Of a DNA stretch of 51,964 nt, positions 8,180 to 17,017 are shown piece by piece. Made by a program: the position numbers and the translations under genes. The number at the start of each line of letters is the position of its first letter. The stretch's first letter is position 1. Origin of the DNA: Actinomycetota bacterium (GTDB lineage: Bacteria; Actinomycetota; UBA4738; CALAEC01); the NCBI GenBank assembly GCA_050693165.1, contig JBOGVX010000120.1, forward strand, positions 1 to 51,964, read 5' to 3'. The notes under the pieces are model-generated. The model was not told where the DNA came from and made no database searches. It saw only the letters and a list, made by a program, of their open reading frames with translations.

Positions 8180-8793
8180 CGACGCGACCGAAGGCCCTCG
8201 CGCTGGATGACGTCAGGGTCGTCCGCTTCCCGTGGCGGAAGCTCCTCATCGGCGTCGCCGTCTTCTTCGGCCTCGTGGCGAGCGGCTTCGTGGTCACCAA
8301 CACCTACGCGACGCTGGCGCAGCAGAGCCTCGAGACCGAGTGGGCCGGGATCGTGGCGAGCGGCGGGTCACCGGCTCCCATCGTTGGAGAGCCCGTGGCC
8401 AAGATAGTGATCCCTCGTATAGGGCTGGAGCGGGTCGTGCTCGAGGGCGAGGATCGCGGGGTCCTGAGAAAGGCCCCGGCCCATGCGCCCGGAACCCCCC
8501 TCCCGGGCGGCGCCGGAAACTCGGTGATCCGTGGTCACCGGCTGCTGTGGTCCGGCCCGTTCCGCGACCTCGACAAGCTCGGCCTCGGCTCGGAGATCCA
8601 CGTGCAAACGGTCGAGGGGACGGCCGTCTACCTGGTGGCCGGGATCTTCCGCCAGGACGGCCGGCGTGTCGACATGTTCGAGGACACGACGTTGCCATAC
8701 CTGACGCTGGTTACCAGCGACCCACCACTCAAGGCCGACGGAACCCTCGTGGTTCGAGCGGCGATGGTAGAACGGGACGGGGTGCCGATCTGA
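8170..8793 (+). CDS. sortase-family protein with Ser in place of the catalytic Cys
   Basis: ATG 8170 overlaps the upstream gene by 10 nt. It has an N-terminal TM segment. NSVIRGHRLLWSGPFRDLDKL matches the sortase His motif. YLTLVTSDPP...TLVVRA aligns to the TLxTC...R motif but has AGC (Ser) at 8716-8718. Compare TLTTCHP in the canonical sortase at 15009-15689. Confidence 0.75.
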   Translation: MAVTTRPKALALDDVRVVRFPWRKLLIGVAVFFGLVASGFVVTNTYATLAQQSLETEWAGIVASGGSPAPIVGEPVAKIVIPRIGLERVVLEGEDRGVLRKAPAHAPGTPLPGGAGNSVIRGHRLLWSGPFRDLDKLGLGSEIHVQTVEGTAVYLVAGIFRQDGRRVDMFEDTTLPYLTLVTSDPPLKADGTLVVRAAMVERDGVPI

Positions 8794-8870
8794 TCGAGAC
8801 CAGTGGTCTTCGCGGGCCGCTCCTGGCGTGGCCGGGACGGATCGAGACGAGCGGGACGGTCAAGCGCCGC

Positions 8871-9149
8871 ATGCTGCTGGTCGCCTCCGTCTTCGCGATC
8901 GCCGTGTCGGGCGTCTACACCGTTGACGCGATCGGCAAGACCACGCCGTGGACGCCGCAGCAACAACAGGACATGGCCGGGCTGCCGAACCCGCCCGCGC
9001 AGTACGCGCCCATGGAGGACGGCCGGCTGCGCCAGCTCTCGCCCGAGGAGTACGCGCAGCTCCAGGAGATCCGCTCACTCGTCGAGCGGTTCCCCGTCCC
9101 GGACGAGTTCGCAAACATCAAGAACCCAGCGCAGCGAGGGGGAGGCTGA
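8871..9149 (+). CDS. small membrane-anchored or secreted protein, function unknown
   Basis: ATG 8871 lies in ORF 8232-9149. The N-terminus is hydrophobic (MLLVASVFAIAVSGVYTV). The stop overlaps the start of the next gene by 1 nt. Confidence 0.5.
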   Translation: MLLVASVFAIAVSGVYTVDAIGKTTPWTPQQQQDMAGLPNPPAQYAPMEDGRLRQLSPEEYAQLQEIRSLVERFPVPDEFANIKNPAQRGGG

Positions 9150-10843
9150 TGAGGCGGAAGAAGCGCACCACACGCACGCCCCTGACGAACCGGCCGTTGT
9201 CCGAGGCCGACCAGCGCCGCTATCCGTACGACCACGACGAGCACGGCGCCCTCCACGAGGAGGACGCATCCAGCGCGGGCATCGACACCCCGATGAACCG
9301 CCGCGAGTTCCTCGGGGTTGCCGGCAAGCTCGGGCTGTCGGGGTTCGCCGTCTCCACGCTGTACCCGACATTCCTCGCCTCGTGCGGGAAGACGCTCGAG
9401 ACCGCAACCACCGAAGGGTTCGGCGAGTCGGCCGCGACCGGCGACACGATCAACATCGGCGTGATCTCGATCTACTCGGGCGTCGGCGCCTTCGTGGGTC
9501 AGCTCGTCAAGCACGGGGCCGAGCTCGCCGTGGATCAGATCAACAAGCACGGCATCAATATCCCGAGAGCCGAAGCGGGATCCCTCTTCCCATCCTTCGA
9601 GAAGTACGAGCAGCAGACGAACGGAGGCATCCTGGGCGGCAAGAAGATCACGCTGATCCAGCGTGACGACAACCTGTCTGCTCAGGTTGCGGTCCAGGCG
9701 ATCACCGAGATGAAGACGAAATACGACATACAGGGTGTCATCTTCGGCGGACTGCTCGACGACATCTTCGCGTGCAAGAAGGTCGTGCAGCAGTACAACC
9801 TCCCGGCCATCGCCTGCTACTCGGACCTATTCAGCACGAACAGCCTGTTCCCGCAGTCCGACTACAAGCAGTGCTTCCAGATCTTCCCGCCGGACATCTG
9901 GGCGTGCCAGGTCCTCGCCGACTACGCGATCAACGACCGGGGCTACTCGAGCTTCGCGTTCATCGGCGACAACACGGCGATCGGTAACCAGGGGAAGCGA
10001 ATGGTCGAGCAGGCGCTCGGCGAGCACGGCGCGGGCCTCGCGGCCGCCGAGCAGTACAACGTCGGCGACACCGACATGACCGCGCAGATGCTGCGCATCC
10101 GCGGCACCGGCTGCCACGGCCTGTTCCTGTGGGGGCTCGCCGGGGACACGGCACACGGCCTCCAGAACATCGACGCGATCGGCGGCGGGTACATCGATCG
10201 CGACGCGGCACGGAGCGGAGGCTGGCACCCGCAGATCCTCGGCTTCCCCGGAGGCGCCGCCGAGCGAACGTTCGCCGAGCTGGCCGGGCCCTCGGCGAAG
10301 ACCGGCACGGTCTCGACCTGGTACGTGGGCGGGATCGGCTACCTGCCTCAATTCCAGGGAGCGGTCGAGGTCTTCCGGGACAGGTGGGGAGCGACGCCGA
10401 CCGGAGGCGAGAACAACCCCGCCGACTCCGTCTACCTGCTGGCGAAGGCATTCCACGACGCCGGCGGGACGGACCCGGCGAAGGTCATCGACACGCTCGA
10501 GCACACCAGCATCAACTTCTCGTCCGTGACCCCGCACGCGTTCGCCCCCGACCGCCACATCTCATTGACGGTCGAGGACATCGTCGGCATCACACTGGAG
10601 CGCGGCAGCGCGGCGAGCACGCAGCCCTCCTACGAGCTCGGTACGGAGTACGAGGTCTTCCACCCGCCGGGCTACATCGGACCCACGCACTTCGTGAGGC
10701 CGAACCTGGAGAACAACGTGAAGAAGTACCCCGATCTCATGAAGATCTTCTACGAGGAGGGGTACGGCACGCAGTGCACCAAGGTCCCCGACAAGTCCGT
10801 TCCTTGGGGCTTCCGCCTCACGAACGACTGCAAGATCCACTAG
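9149..10843 (+). CDS. ABC transporter substrate-binding lipoprotein (Liv / branched-chain amino-acid family) with Tat-type signal
   Basis: ATG 9149 is preceded by GGGGGAGG. An internal MNRREFLGVAGKLGLSGFAVSTLYPTFLASCG combines a twin-arginine motif with a lipobox; the alternative start is ATG 9293. The body has the type I PBP pattern (INIGVISIYSGVGAFVG, ITLIQRDD) and sits directly upstream of the liv permease and ATPase genes. Confidence 0.85.
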   Translation: MRRKKRTTRTPLTNRPLSEADQRRYPYDHDEHGALHEEDASSAGIDTPMNRREFLGVAGKLGLSGFAVSTLYPTFLASCGKTLETATTEGFGESAATGDTINIGVISIYSGVGAFVGQLVKHGAELAVDQINKHGINIPRAEAGSLFPSFEKYEQQTNGGILGGKKITLIQRDDNLSAQVAVQAITEMKTKYDIQGVIFGGLLDDIFACKKVVQQYNLPAIACYSDLFSTNSLFPQSDYKQCFQIFPPDIWACQVLADYAINDRGYSSFAFIGDNTAIGNQGKRMVEQALGEHGAGLAAAEQYNVGDTDMTAQMLRIRGTGCHGLFLWGLAGDTAHGLQNIDAIGGGYIDRDAARSGGWHPQILGFPGGAAERTFAELAGPSAKTGTVSTWYVGGIGYLPQFQGAVEVFRDRWGATPTGGENNPADSVYLLAKAFHDAGGTDPAKVIDTLEHTSINFSSVTPHAFAPDRHISLTVEDIVGITLERGSAASTQPSYELGTEYEVFHPPGYIGPTHFVRPNLENNVKKYPDLMKIFYEEGYGTQCTKVPDKSVPWGFRLTNDCKIH

Positions 10844-10845
10844 CC

Positions 10846-11754
10846 ATGGACATCATCCTGCAGGCGCTGATCTCGGGGCTCCTTCAGGGCAGCGTCTACG
10901 CCATGCTCGCCGTCGCGTTCTCGATCATCTACATGACCACTAGGACGATCAACTTCGCGCTCGGCCCGCAGATGCTGATAGCCGCGCTCATCTACTTCAC
11001 ACTCACGTTCGGCGGGGCGCTCGGTGCCGGAGACGGGATCGTTCCCCTGTTCATCGCGCTGCCGATCGCGATCGTGGCATCGGTCCTGATCGGACTGTTG
11101 GTGCACACGCTCGGGCTGAGGCCGCTCGGCCAGTTCGACCCGAACAGCAACATCGGCTGGATCCTCACGACGCTCGCGATCGGACTGATACTGGTCGAGG
11201 GCGGCCGCCTGATCTTCCACGAGACGAACCGTCCGGTCCCCCCAATCATCGAGACGATCGCGGGCCAGGACTCGATCATCAACATCCCACCGCAGAAGTA
11301 CCTGATCTTCATCGTGGGCATCGCCCTCGCGATCGCGCTCGAGACGCTCCACCGCAAGACGAAGCTCGGCCGTGGCCTGCGCGCGACGGCCCACGATCGC
11401 AACACCGCGTCCCTGATGGGGATCAACACGAACTTCATGATCCTGTACTCGTTCGGGCTCGCCGGGGCGATCGCGGCGGTCGCCGCCTGGCTCCTCATCC
11501 CCGTCGTCTTCGTGGACTTCAACGCGCTGGGCACGTTCATCGGCCTGAAAGCGTTCGTCGGGGCGGTGGTCGGGGGCATCGGCTCGACCCGAGGGGCGCT
11601 GGTCGGCGGGCTCGTGGTCGGCCTGGCCGAGTCGATGACCGTCGTGTTCCAGGCCCAGCAATGGGGCGACGCGGTCGTGTTCGTGCTGCTGATCCTGATC
11701 CTGATGGTCAAGCCGACGGGGATCCTGGGCGAGGCAAGGATCGAGAAGGTCTGA
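10846..11754 (+). CDS. livH: branched-chain amino-acid ABC transporter permease (LivH family)
   Basis: MDIILQALISGLLQGSVYAMLAVAFSIIY is a typical LivH N-terminus. The protein is polytopic and the start lies 3 nt after the SBP stop. Confidence 0.9.
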   Translation: MDIILQALISGLLQGSVYAMLAVAFSIIYMTTRTINFALGPQMLIAALIYFTLTFGGALGAGDGIVPLFIALPIAIVASVLIGLLVHTLGLRPLGQFDPNSNIGWILTTLAIGLILVEGGRLIFHETNRPVPPIIETIAGQDSIINIPPQKYLIFIVGIALAIALETLHRKTKLGRGLRATAHDRNTASLMGINTNFMILYSFGLAGAIAAVAAWLLIPVVFVDFNALGTFIGLKAFVGAVVGGIGSTRGALVGGLVVGLAESMTVVFQAQQWGDAVVFVLLILILMVKPTGILGEARIEKV

Positions 11755-13970
11755 TGGGCGACGAATCCGGCGAGCTGTTCGAGGGCATGGATCAGCCGCA
11801 GGGGAACGGCGACTCGCAAGCTCCGGGCCGCCACCGCCCTCCCGGGTTCATGGACAGGCTCCGCGCGGCGAACCAGGAGGCGCGGAGGGAGAGGGACCGC
11901 CGGCGCACGATCCGGCTCATGCAGAAGCTCGGCCCCGATGCGCCGGGACTCACCGCGGCCGCCGGTGCGGGCAAGCCGCCGGAAGGTGACGGTGACGGGC
12001 AGAAGGCACTGGAAAGCGCGGAGCGGTGGGAGGACGCGGCGGTCCCCAAGCCGTTCCGCCCGGGGAGCCTGATCAGGCCGGGGATCCTCATCGGCGCCCT
12101 GTTCATCCTCGGGCTGGTGCTGTACCCGCTGGGGCTCCTACCCGGCATCAACCCGAGCGCCGACCGCTTCCTCTCGCTCAACGTGATCCTGCAGTACTCG
12201 ATCATCATCATCGGGCTGAACCTGATCGCCGGGTTCACCGGCCAGCTGTCTCTGGGTCAGTCCATCTTCACGGCGATCGGCGGCTACTCCTCCGCCGTGA
12301 TCTCCACGAAGCTGATCGAGGGCCACGACGGGCCCTGGGTGGGCCTGATCGCCGCCATCGTGATCTCGGTCGCGATCGGGATCGTCCTGGGTCTGCCGTC
12401 GCTTCGCGTCCGCGGGGCCTATCTCGCGATCGTGACGCTCGCGTTCGTGCCGATCTTCGCCAGGATCTTCACCTCGGGTCCGGAGAGCATCTTCGGGGGA
12501 TCGGCCGGACTCCGCGACCTTCGGACGCCCGTGCCCGACCCCACGCTCGGCGTCCCCGTCGACACCTCCCTGTACCCCCCGTGGGGCGGGGATGCGATGA
12601 CCCAGATCGACTACTACTTCCTGACGCTGGCGATCTTCCTGGTGCTGTTCCTGGCGATCCGCAACATCGTCCGCTCTCGTTGGGGGCGCGCGTTCACCGC
12701 GATCCGGGAGTCCGAGATCGCCGCGAAATCCTCCGGAGTCAACGTGGTTCGCTTCAAGGTCACCGCGTTCGCCATCAGCGCTGGGCTCGCGGGGATCGGC
12801 GGATGGCTGTACGTGCACAACACCGGGTTCATCTCACCCCAGTTCCCAACGATCATCCCCGAGTCGTTCAAGTACGTGGTCATGATGATCGTGGGCGGGA
12901 TGGGAACGCTGTCGGGCCCGTTCGTTGGAGCGGCCGCCATCGAGATAACCCGAACGCTCACGTCGCAGTACCCCGAGTACCAGAACATAATCTTCGGCGC
13001 TCTGGCCCTGTTCACCGTAGTCACCGCGCCGAGCGGTCTGGTCGGTGAGTTCAAGAACATCGCCGCTAAGATCCGCCGCAAGGTGGTGGGGGGTCCCAAG
13101 CCTTCCGAGTGGATACCGCTCGCACCGGCGATGAAGCGTCCGCAGCCGCGCGACCTGCCCGAGCTCGAGAGCGACGTGATCCTCGAGGCGAAGGAGATGT
13201 CGAAGATCTTCGGCGGACTCCGGGCGAACAACAAGATCTCGATCCAGGTGAGGCGCGGAACCGTGCACGCGCTGATCGGTCCCAACGGATCCGGCAAGAC
13301 GACGTTCATCAACGTCCTCACCGGCGTGTACACGCCCGAGGAGGGCGAGGTTCGCTTCCTGAGCAGACGGATCTCGGGAGAGCCCGCGTACGTCACCGTC
13401 GAGATGGGGATGGGCCGCACCTTTCAGAATCTTCAGCTGTGGCGACGCATGACCGTGCTCGACAACGTCATGGTCGGCCTGCACGTCCGTGGGCGCTCGG
13501 GCCTGTTCTCGGTCGCCTCGAAGGCGCCCTGGGCGCTCAAGGAAGAGGAGAGGATGCGGCAGCGCGCGCTCGGCCTCCTCGAGTTCGTCGGGCTGCAGCG
13601 GTACGCGGACATCTCCGCCGGCCAGCTGCCGTACGGGCCGCAGCGGAGGCTCGAGGTCGCGCGCGCCCTCGCGCTCGATCCCTCGTTCCTGATCCTCGAC
13701 GAGCCCGCCGCGGGCCTGAACCCCGCGGAGGTCGGTGAGTTCACCGACCTGATCCGGCGCATCAAGGAGACGGGCATCACCGTGTTCCTCATCGAGCACC
13801 ACATGGACCTGGTCATGGCGGTCGCGGACAGGATCAGCGTGCTCGACTTCGGCGAGAAGATCGCCGACGGCACGCCGCAGGAGGTCGCGAACGACCCGCG
13901 CGTTATCGAGGCTTACCTCGGTGCGGAGGACGACGAGAAGAAGCCCAAGAAGGAGAAGGTGAAGACCTAG
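11754..13970 (+). CDS. fused LivM-type permease / LivG-type ATPase with a roughly 130-aa charged N-terminal extension
   Basis: One uninterrupted ORF. It has a permease core (NLIAGFTGQLSLGQSIFTAIGGY), then an ABC ATPase with Walker A GPNGSGKTT, signature-like LPYGPQRRLEVARAL and Walker B FLILDEPAAG. The ATG overlaps the livH stop by 1 nt. Confidence 0.9.
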   Translation: MGDESGELFEGMDQPQGNGDSQAPGRHRPPGFMDRLRAANQEARRERDRRRTIRLMQKLGPDAPGLTAAAGAGKPPEGDGDGQKALESAERWEDAAVPKPFRPGSLIRPGILIGALFILGLVLYPLGLLPGINPSADRFLSLNVILQYSIIIIGLNLIAGFTGQLSLGQSIFTAIGGYSSAVISTKLIEGHDGPWVGLIAAIVISVAIGIVLGLPSLRVRGAYLAIVTLAFVPIFARIFTSGPESIFGGSAGLRDLRTPVPDPTLGVPVDTSLYPPWGGDAMTQIDYYFLTLAIFLVLFLAIRNIVRSRWGRAFTAIRESEIAAKSSGVNVVRFKVTAFAISAGLAGIGGWLYVHNTGFISPQFPTIIPESFKYVVMMIVGGMGTLSGPFVGAAAIEITRTLTSQYPEYQNIIFGALALFTVVTAPSGLVGEFKNIAAKIRRKVVGGPKPSEWIPLAPAMKRPQPRDLPELESDVILEAKEMSKIFGGLRANNKISIQVRRGTVHALIGPNGSGKTTFINVLTGVYTPEEGEVRFLSRRISGEPAYVTVEMGMGRTFQNLQLWRRMTVLDNVMVGLHVRGRSGLFSVASKAPWALKEEERMRQRALGLLEFVGLQRYADISAGQLPYGPQRRLEVARALALDPSFLILDEPAAGLNPAEVGEFTDLIRRIKETGITVFLIEHHMDLVMAVADRISVLDFGEKIADGTPQEVANDPRVIEAYLGAEDDEKKPKKEKVKT

Positions 13971-14738
13971 ATGGCTCAGGCGACCCAGGCAGAGCAGCAG
14001 CCTCAGCAGGGCGACGGGCAGCCCATGCTGAGGGTCGACGACCTCCACGTGGTCTACGGCAATGTCGAGGTGCTCAAGGGGATCTCGTTCGAGGTTCGTA
14101 CCGGCGAGGTCGTAGTGATCATCGGCTCGAACGGCGCTGGGAAGACGACGACCCTGAAGACCGTCACGTCCTTGCCGGAGATGCTCAAGTCGGTTCGCGG
14201 CAACATCACGTTCGAGGGGACACGAATAGACAGGATGAAGCCCGACAAGATCGCGCGACTCGGGCTGGCGCACGTCCCCGAGGGCCGGCAGGTGTTCCCG
14301 GACCAGAGCGTCCGCGACAACCTGCTCCTGGGCGCCTACCAGCGGCGCGACTACGGCGAGATCGGCCGCGACATCGACCGGATGTCCGAGCGCTTCCCGA
14401 TCCTCGGCGAGCGCAAGAACCAGCCGGCGGGGCTGCTTTCGGGCGGCGAGCAGCAGATGCTCGCGATCGCTCGAGCGCTGATGAGCCAGCCGAAGATGAT
14501 CCTGTTCGACGAGCCCTCGATGGGTCTCGCGCCTCTGGTCGTGAAGAGGGTGTTCGAGATCATCGAGGAGCTCAAGGAGGAGGGGAAGACGATCCTCCTC
14601 GTCGAGCAGATGGCGTTCCAGGCACTCGGCATCGCGGACCGCGCGTACGTGCTCGAGACCGGCGAGATCACCCTCGACGGCACCGGCAGGGCGCTGCTGA
14701 ACGACGCCCGTGTCAAAGAGGCCTACCTCGGCGCCTGA
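13971..14738 (+). CDS. livF: branched-chain amino-acid ABC transporter ATP-binding protein (LivF family)
   Basis: Walker A GSNGAGKTT, signature LSGGEQQMLAIARAL and Walker B ILFDEPSMGLAP. The start immediately follows the previous stop. Confidence 0.9.
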   Translation: MAQATQAEQQPQQGDGQPMLRVDDLHVVYGNVEVLKGISFEVRTGEVVVIIGSNGAGKTTTLKTVTSLPEMLKSVRGNITFEGTRIDRMKPDKIARLGLAHVPEGRQVFPDQSVRDNLLLGAYQRRDYGEIGRDIDRMSERFPILGERKNQPAGLLSGGEQQMLAIARALMSQPKMILFDEPSMGLAPLVVKRVFEIIEELKEEGKTILLVEQMAFQALGIADRAYVLETGEITLDGTGRALLNDARVKEAYLGA

Positions 14739-15012
14739 AAGCGGGGCGCGAGGCTGGCCCCGGAACCTCCTTCTGATCCTGGCCGTCGTGCTCCACGCCG
14801 GAGTCGGGTTCATCTATCTCGTGTCGGGGCTCGTGGCGCCGCTGTGGGGAGTCGCGGTGCTGATCGTTCTCTGGCTGGGGATGTCCGTGTTCCTCGTCGG
14901 AGCGTTGCGTCGCGGGAAGGTCTGGCACGCGCTCGCCGTGCCGGTCGCCGGAGGCGTCCTGTGGTTCGCGGTCGTCCAGGGCCTCGGAACCCTGTTCGAC
15001 TGGACCGCCTAG
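14710..15012 (+). CDS. small integral membrane protein, function unknown
   Basis: A 100-aa ORF with three hydrophobic segments. GTG 14710 is the only canonical in-frame start and overlaps livF by 29 nt. Confidence 0.45.
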   Translation: MSKRPTSAPESGARGWPRNLLLILAVVLHAGVGFIYLVSGLVAPLWGVAVLIVLWLGMSVFLVGALRRGKVWHALAVPVAGGVLWFAVVQGLGTLFDWTA

Positions 15013-15689
15013 TTCTCGAAGATCTCGCTCGAGACCAGCTTGGCCCGCACGATAAGCCGCTGCGCCGCGCTGCCCGGCGGGTGACACGTCGTTAGCGTGA
15101 GGATCGAGCCGTTGCCCGGGTCGAGCACACCGAGATCCGTCGGGGTCGTGATGAAAGGCCTGCCCGTGACCTCGTAGGTGCACCGGCCCACCGGCGTCTC
15201 CAGGGTGATCCGGTCCCCGGCCGACAGGTCGTCGATCTCGGCGAACGGTTTGCCGTAGGTCGTCCGGTGGCCGGCGATCGCGGAGTTGCCCTGCTCGCAC
15301 GGCAATGCCGACTCCTGGTAGTGCCCCGCCCCGGCCTGCAACGCCGAGAGAGTGGTGCCTTCGACGACGATCGTGTCGAGCCCCAGCGCGGGGATCTCGA
15401 TCCGAGTCAGGGCGTCGCCGGGCTCGACCGTCCGGGTGATGTAGGCCCTCCGGCTCGAGGAGGAGGCGAACTGGTCCTCGAGCTTGCCCTGCCGGTAGTC
15501 GGTGTAGAGGTTCGTCAGGAACGGCCACGCGAACAGGAGCGCTCCGCCGAGCAGCATGAGCACCGACAGGACCGCGAGGAACCGCCGCGGCCCGGGGCGT
15601 CGTCGCCACGAGTCGACGAGGACCCCCAGAGCGGAACCGACGCGCTTCGCGCCGCGCGGCTCGCCGCCGGGCGCGCGAGAGCCGAGCAT
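15009..15689 (-). CDS. sortase (class E-like) transpeptidase
   Basis: N-terminal TM segment (FLAVLSVLMLLGGALLFAWPF), GNSAIAGHRTTYGKPFAEIDDL (His motif), LTLTTCHPPGSAAQRLIVRA (TLxTC Cys plus Arg). Start placed at ATG 15689; GTG 15725 is an alternative. Confidence 0.85.
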   Translation of the reverse strand: MLGSRAPGGEPRGAKRVGSALGVLVDSWRRRPGPRRFLAVLSVLMLLGGALLFAWPFLTNLYTDYRQGKLEDQFASSSSRRAYITRTVEPGDALTRIEIPALGLDTIVVEGTTLSALQAGAGHYQESALPCEQGNSAIAGHRTTYGKPFAEIDDLSAGDRITLETPVGRCTYEVTGRPFITTPTDLGVLDPGNGSILTLTTCHPPGSAAQRLIVRAKLVSSEIFEN

Positions 15690-15741
15690 GTCCTCGTTGT
15701 AAAGGGGGGATCTGTCCGAGCTCACGACACCTCGGTTGGAG

Positions 15742-16887
15742 CTATGCCCGCTGCAGGTACCTCCGCAGCCCGTAGCCGATAACGGCGAGCGCAGAGCCTC
15801 CCAGGAAGAACGGAAGCAGTCCGCCACCCGTTGGCGCAGTCTGACGATCGACGGTGATCTCGCCGTTGACACCCGCCGTCGACTGTCCGACGGCCAGGGT
15901 GATGAGGCCGGGGTTCGCACGGGTCTGGCCGATCAGCTCCACGGAGATACCGGCCGAGATGGCCGAGCCCTGGTCGCCCTCCACCGACTCCTCGAAGTCA
16001 CCGGCCCTGACGCGAACGAGGAAAGGATCGGCGTCGGGGATCGTCACGGTCTGACCGGGCGCGACCGTCTGTGGGGCCTGGCCGGCGAGCGTGACGGTCG
16101 CGGTGGCCGCTCCCCCATCGCACTCGGCGTTGTGGCCGTCCCAAGAGCACTCGACGTCGGACGTTCCGGTGGTGATGTTGATGAGCTGCGAGGGAGTAGC
16201 CAGCGAGTTGCACGCCTGCTGGAGCTGGGGGATCGGGATCAGGCCGCAGACGGCCGACAGCCCGCTGATGTCGAGGTCCGCGCTGATGACGATGCCGTCC
16301 GACGAGGCGCTGCCCGACACCTTGGTCGGCTTGGGAGCCTCCGCCGACGCCTGCGTCTTCATCTGAGCCACGTTGACCGAGCCGCCCACGGTTCCGATCA
16401 CCGGCAGAGCCGGCAGGCCGGTGACGTTGATGCTCAGCGCGCCGAACGTCCCCGTGTTCGTGGTGGAGGGCGACTCGTCCGCGGCCTCGGAGGTTGACTT
16501 CGCCGAGCCCTGGAGCGCGCCCACCGAGGCCACTGCGGGGACGGCGATGGCGGGGACGGGGCTGTTCACGGTCTTCTCGTCGTCCGGCGGAGCCTCGGTC
16601 GAGGCCGTGACGGGCGACTGGTTGAGCACGTTGAGGGCGTCCGCGCGTCCCTTGGCGGACGGGCCGCTGGAGGACACCTCGGCTGTGGTCGCGGCCCCGA
16701 AGATGCCTGCCGCGGGAGTGGTCGAGCCCGGAGGCGTGATCGCGAACGTCACGCCGGCCGAGGAAGACGTGGCCGCGTACTTGATCGTGGTGACCGTGGT
16801 CGTCTGGGCGCCACCCGGGATGGCCGCACCCGTAGCCAGGGCGAGCGACGCCGCGCTCACCAGAGCGACGCGAGTGAAACCCCTCAA
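15742..16887 (-). CDS. secreted Ser/Thr/Ala/Gly-rich surface protein with C-terminal sortase sorting signal (TAPTG)
   Basis: A TTG start at 16887 sits 7 nt after AGGAGG and gives MRGFTRVALVSAASLALATGAAIPGGAQ (signal peptide). The C-terminus is QTAPTGGGLLPFFLGGSALAVIGYGLRRYLQRA: motif, hydrophobic stretch, basic tail. The gene lies immediately upstream of the sortase gene. Confidence 0.75.
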   Translation of the reverse strand: MRGFTRVALVSAASLALATGAAIPGGAQTTTVTTIKYAATSSSAGVTFAITPPGSTTPAAGIFGAATTAEVSSSGPSAKGRADALNVLNQSPVTASTEAPPDDEKTVNSPVPAIAVPAVASVGALQGSAKSTSEAADESPSTTNTGTFGALSINVTGLPALPVIGTVGGSVNVAQMKTQASAEAPKPTKVSGSASSDGIVISADLDISGLSAVCGLIPIPQLQQACNSLATPSQLINITTGTSDVECSWDGHNAECDGGAATATVTLAGQAPQTVAPGQTVTIPDADPFLVRVRAGDFEESVEGDQGSAISAGISVELIGQTRANPGLITLAVGQSTAGVNGEITVDRQTAPTGGGLLPFFLGGSALAVIGYGLRRYLQRA

Positions 16888-17017
16888 CCCCTGTACCTCC
16901 TGGACGCGGACCGGGCGCTGCGAACGAGGGAACTTTACCTGAAGGAGGCCCTCTAGCGCTATCACTGAGGGAAGCGCCCTGACCCCTCCAGGGCCAGATG
17001 CCCAGGCCAGAGGGGGT

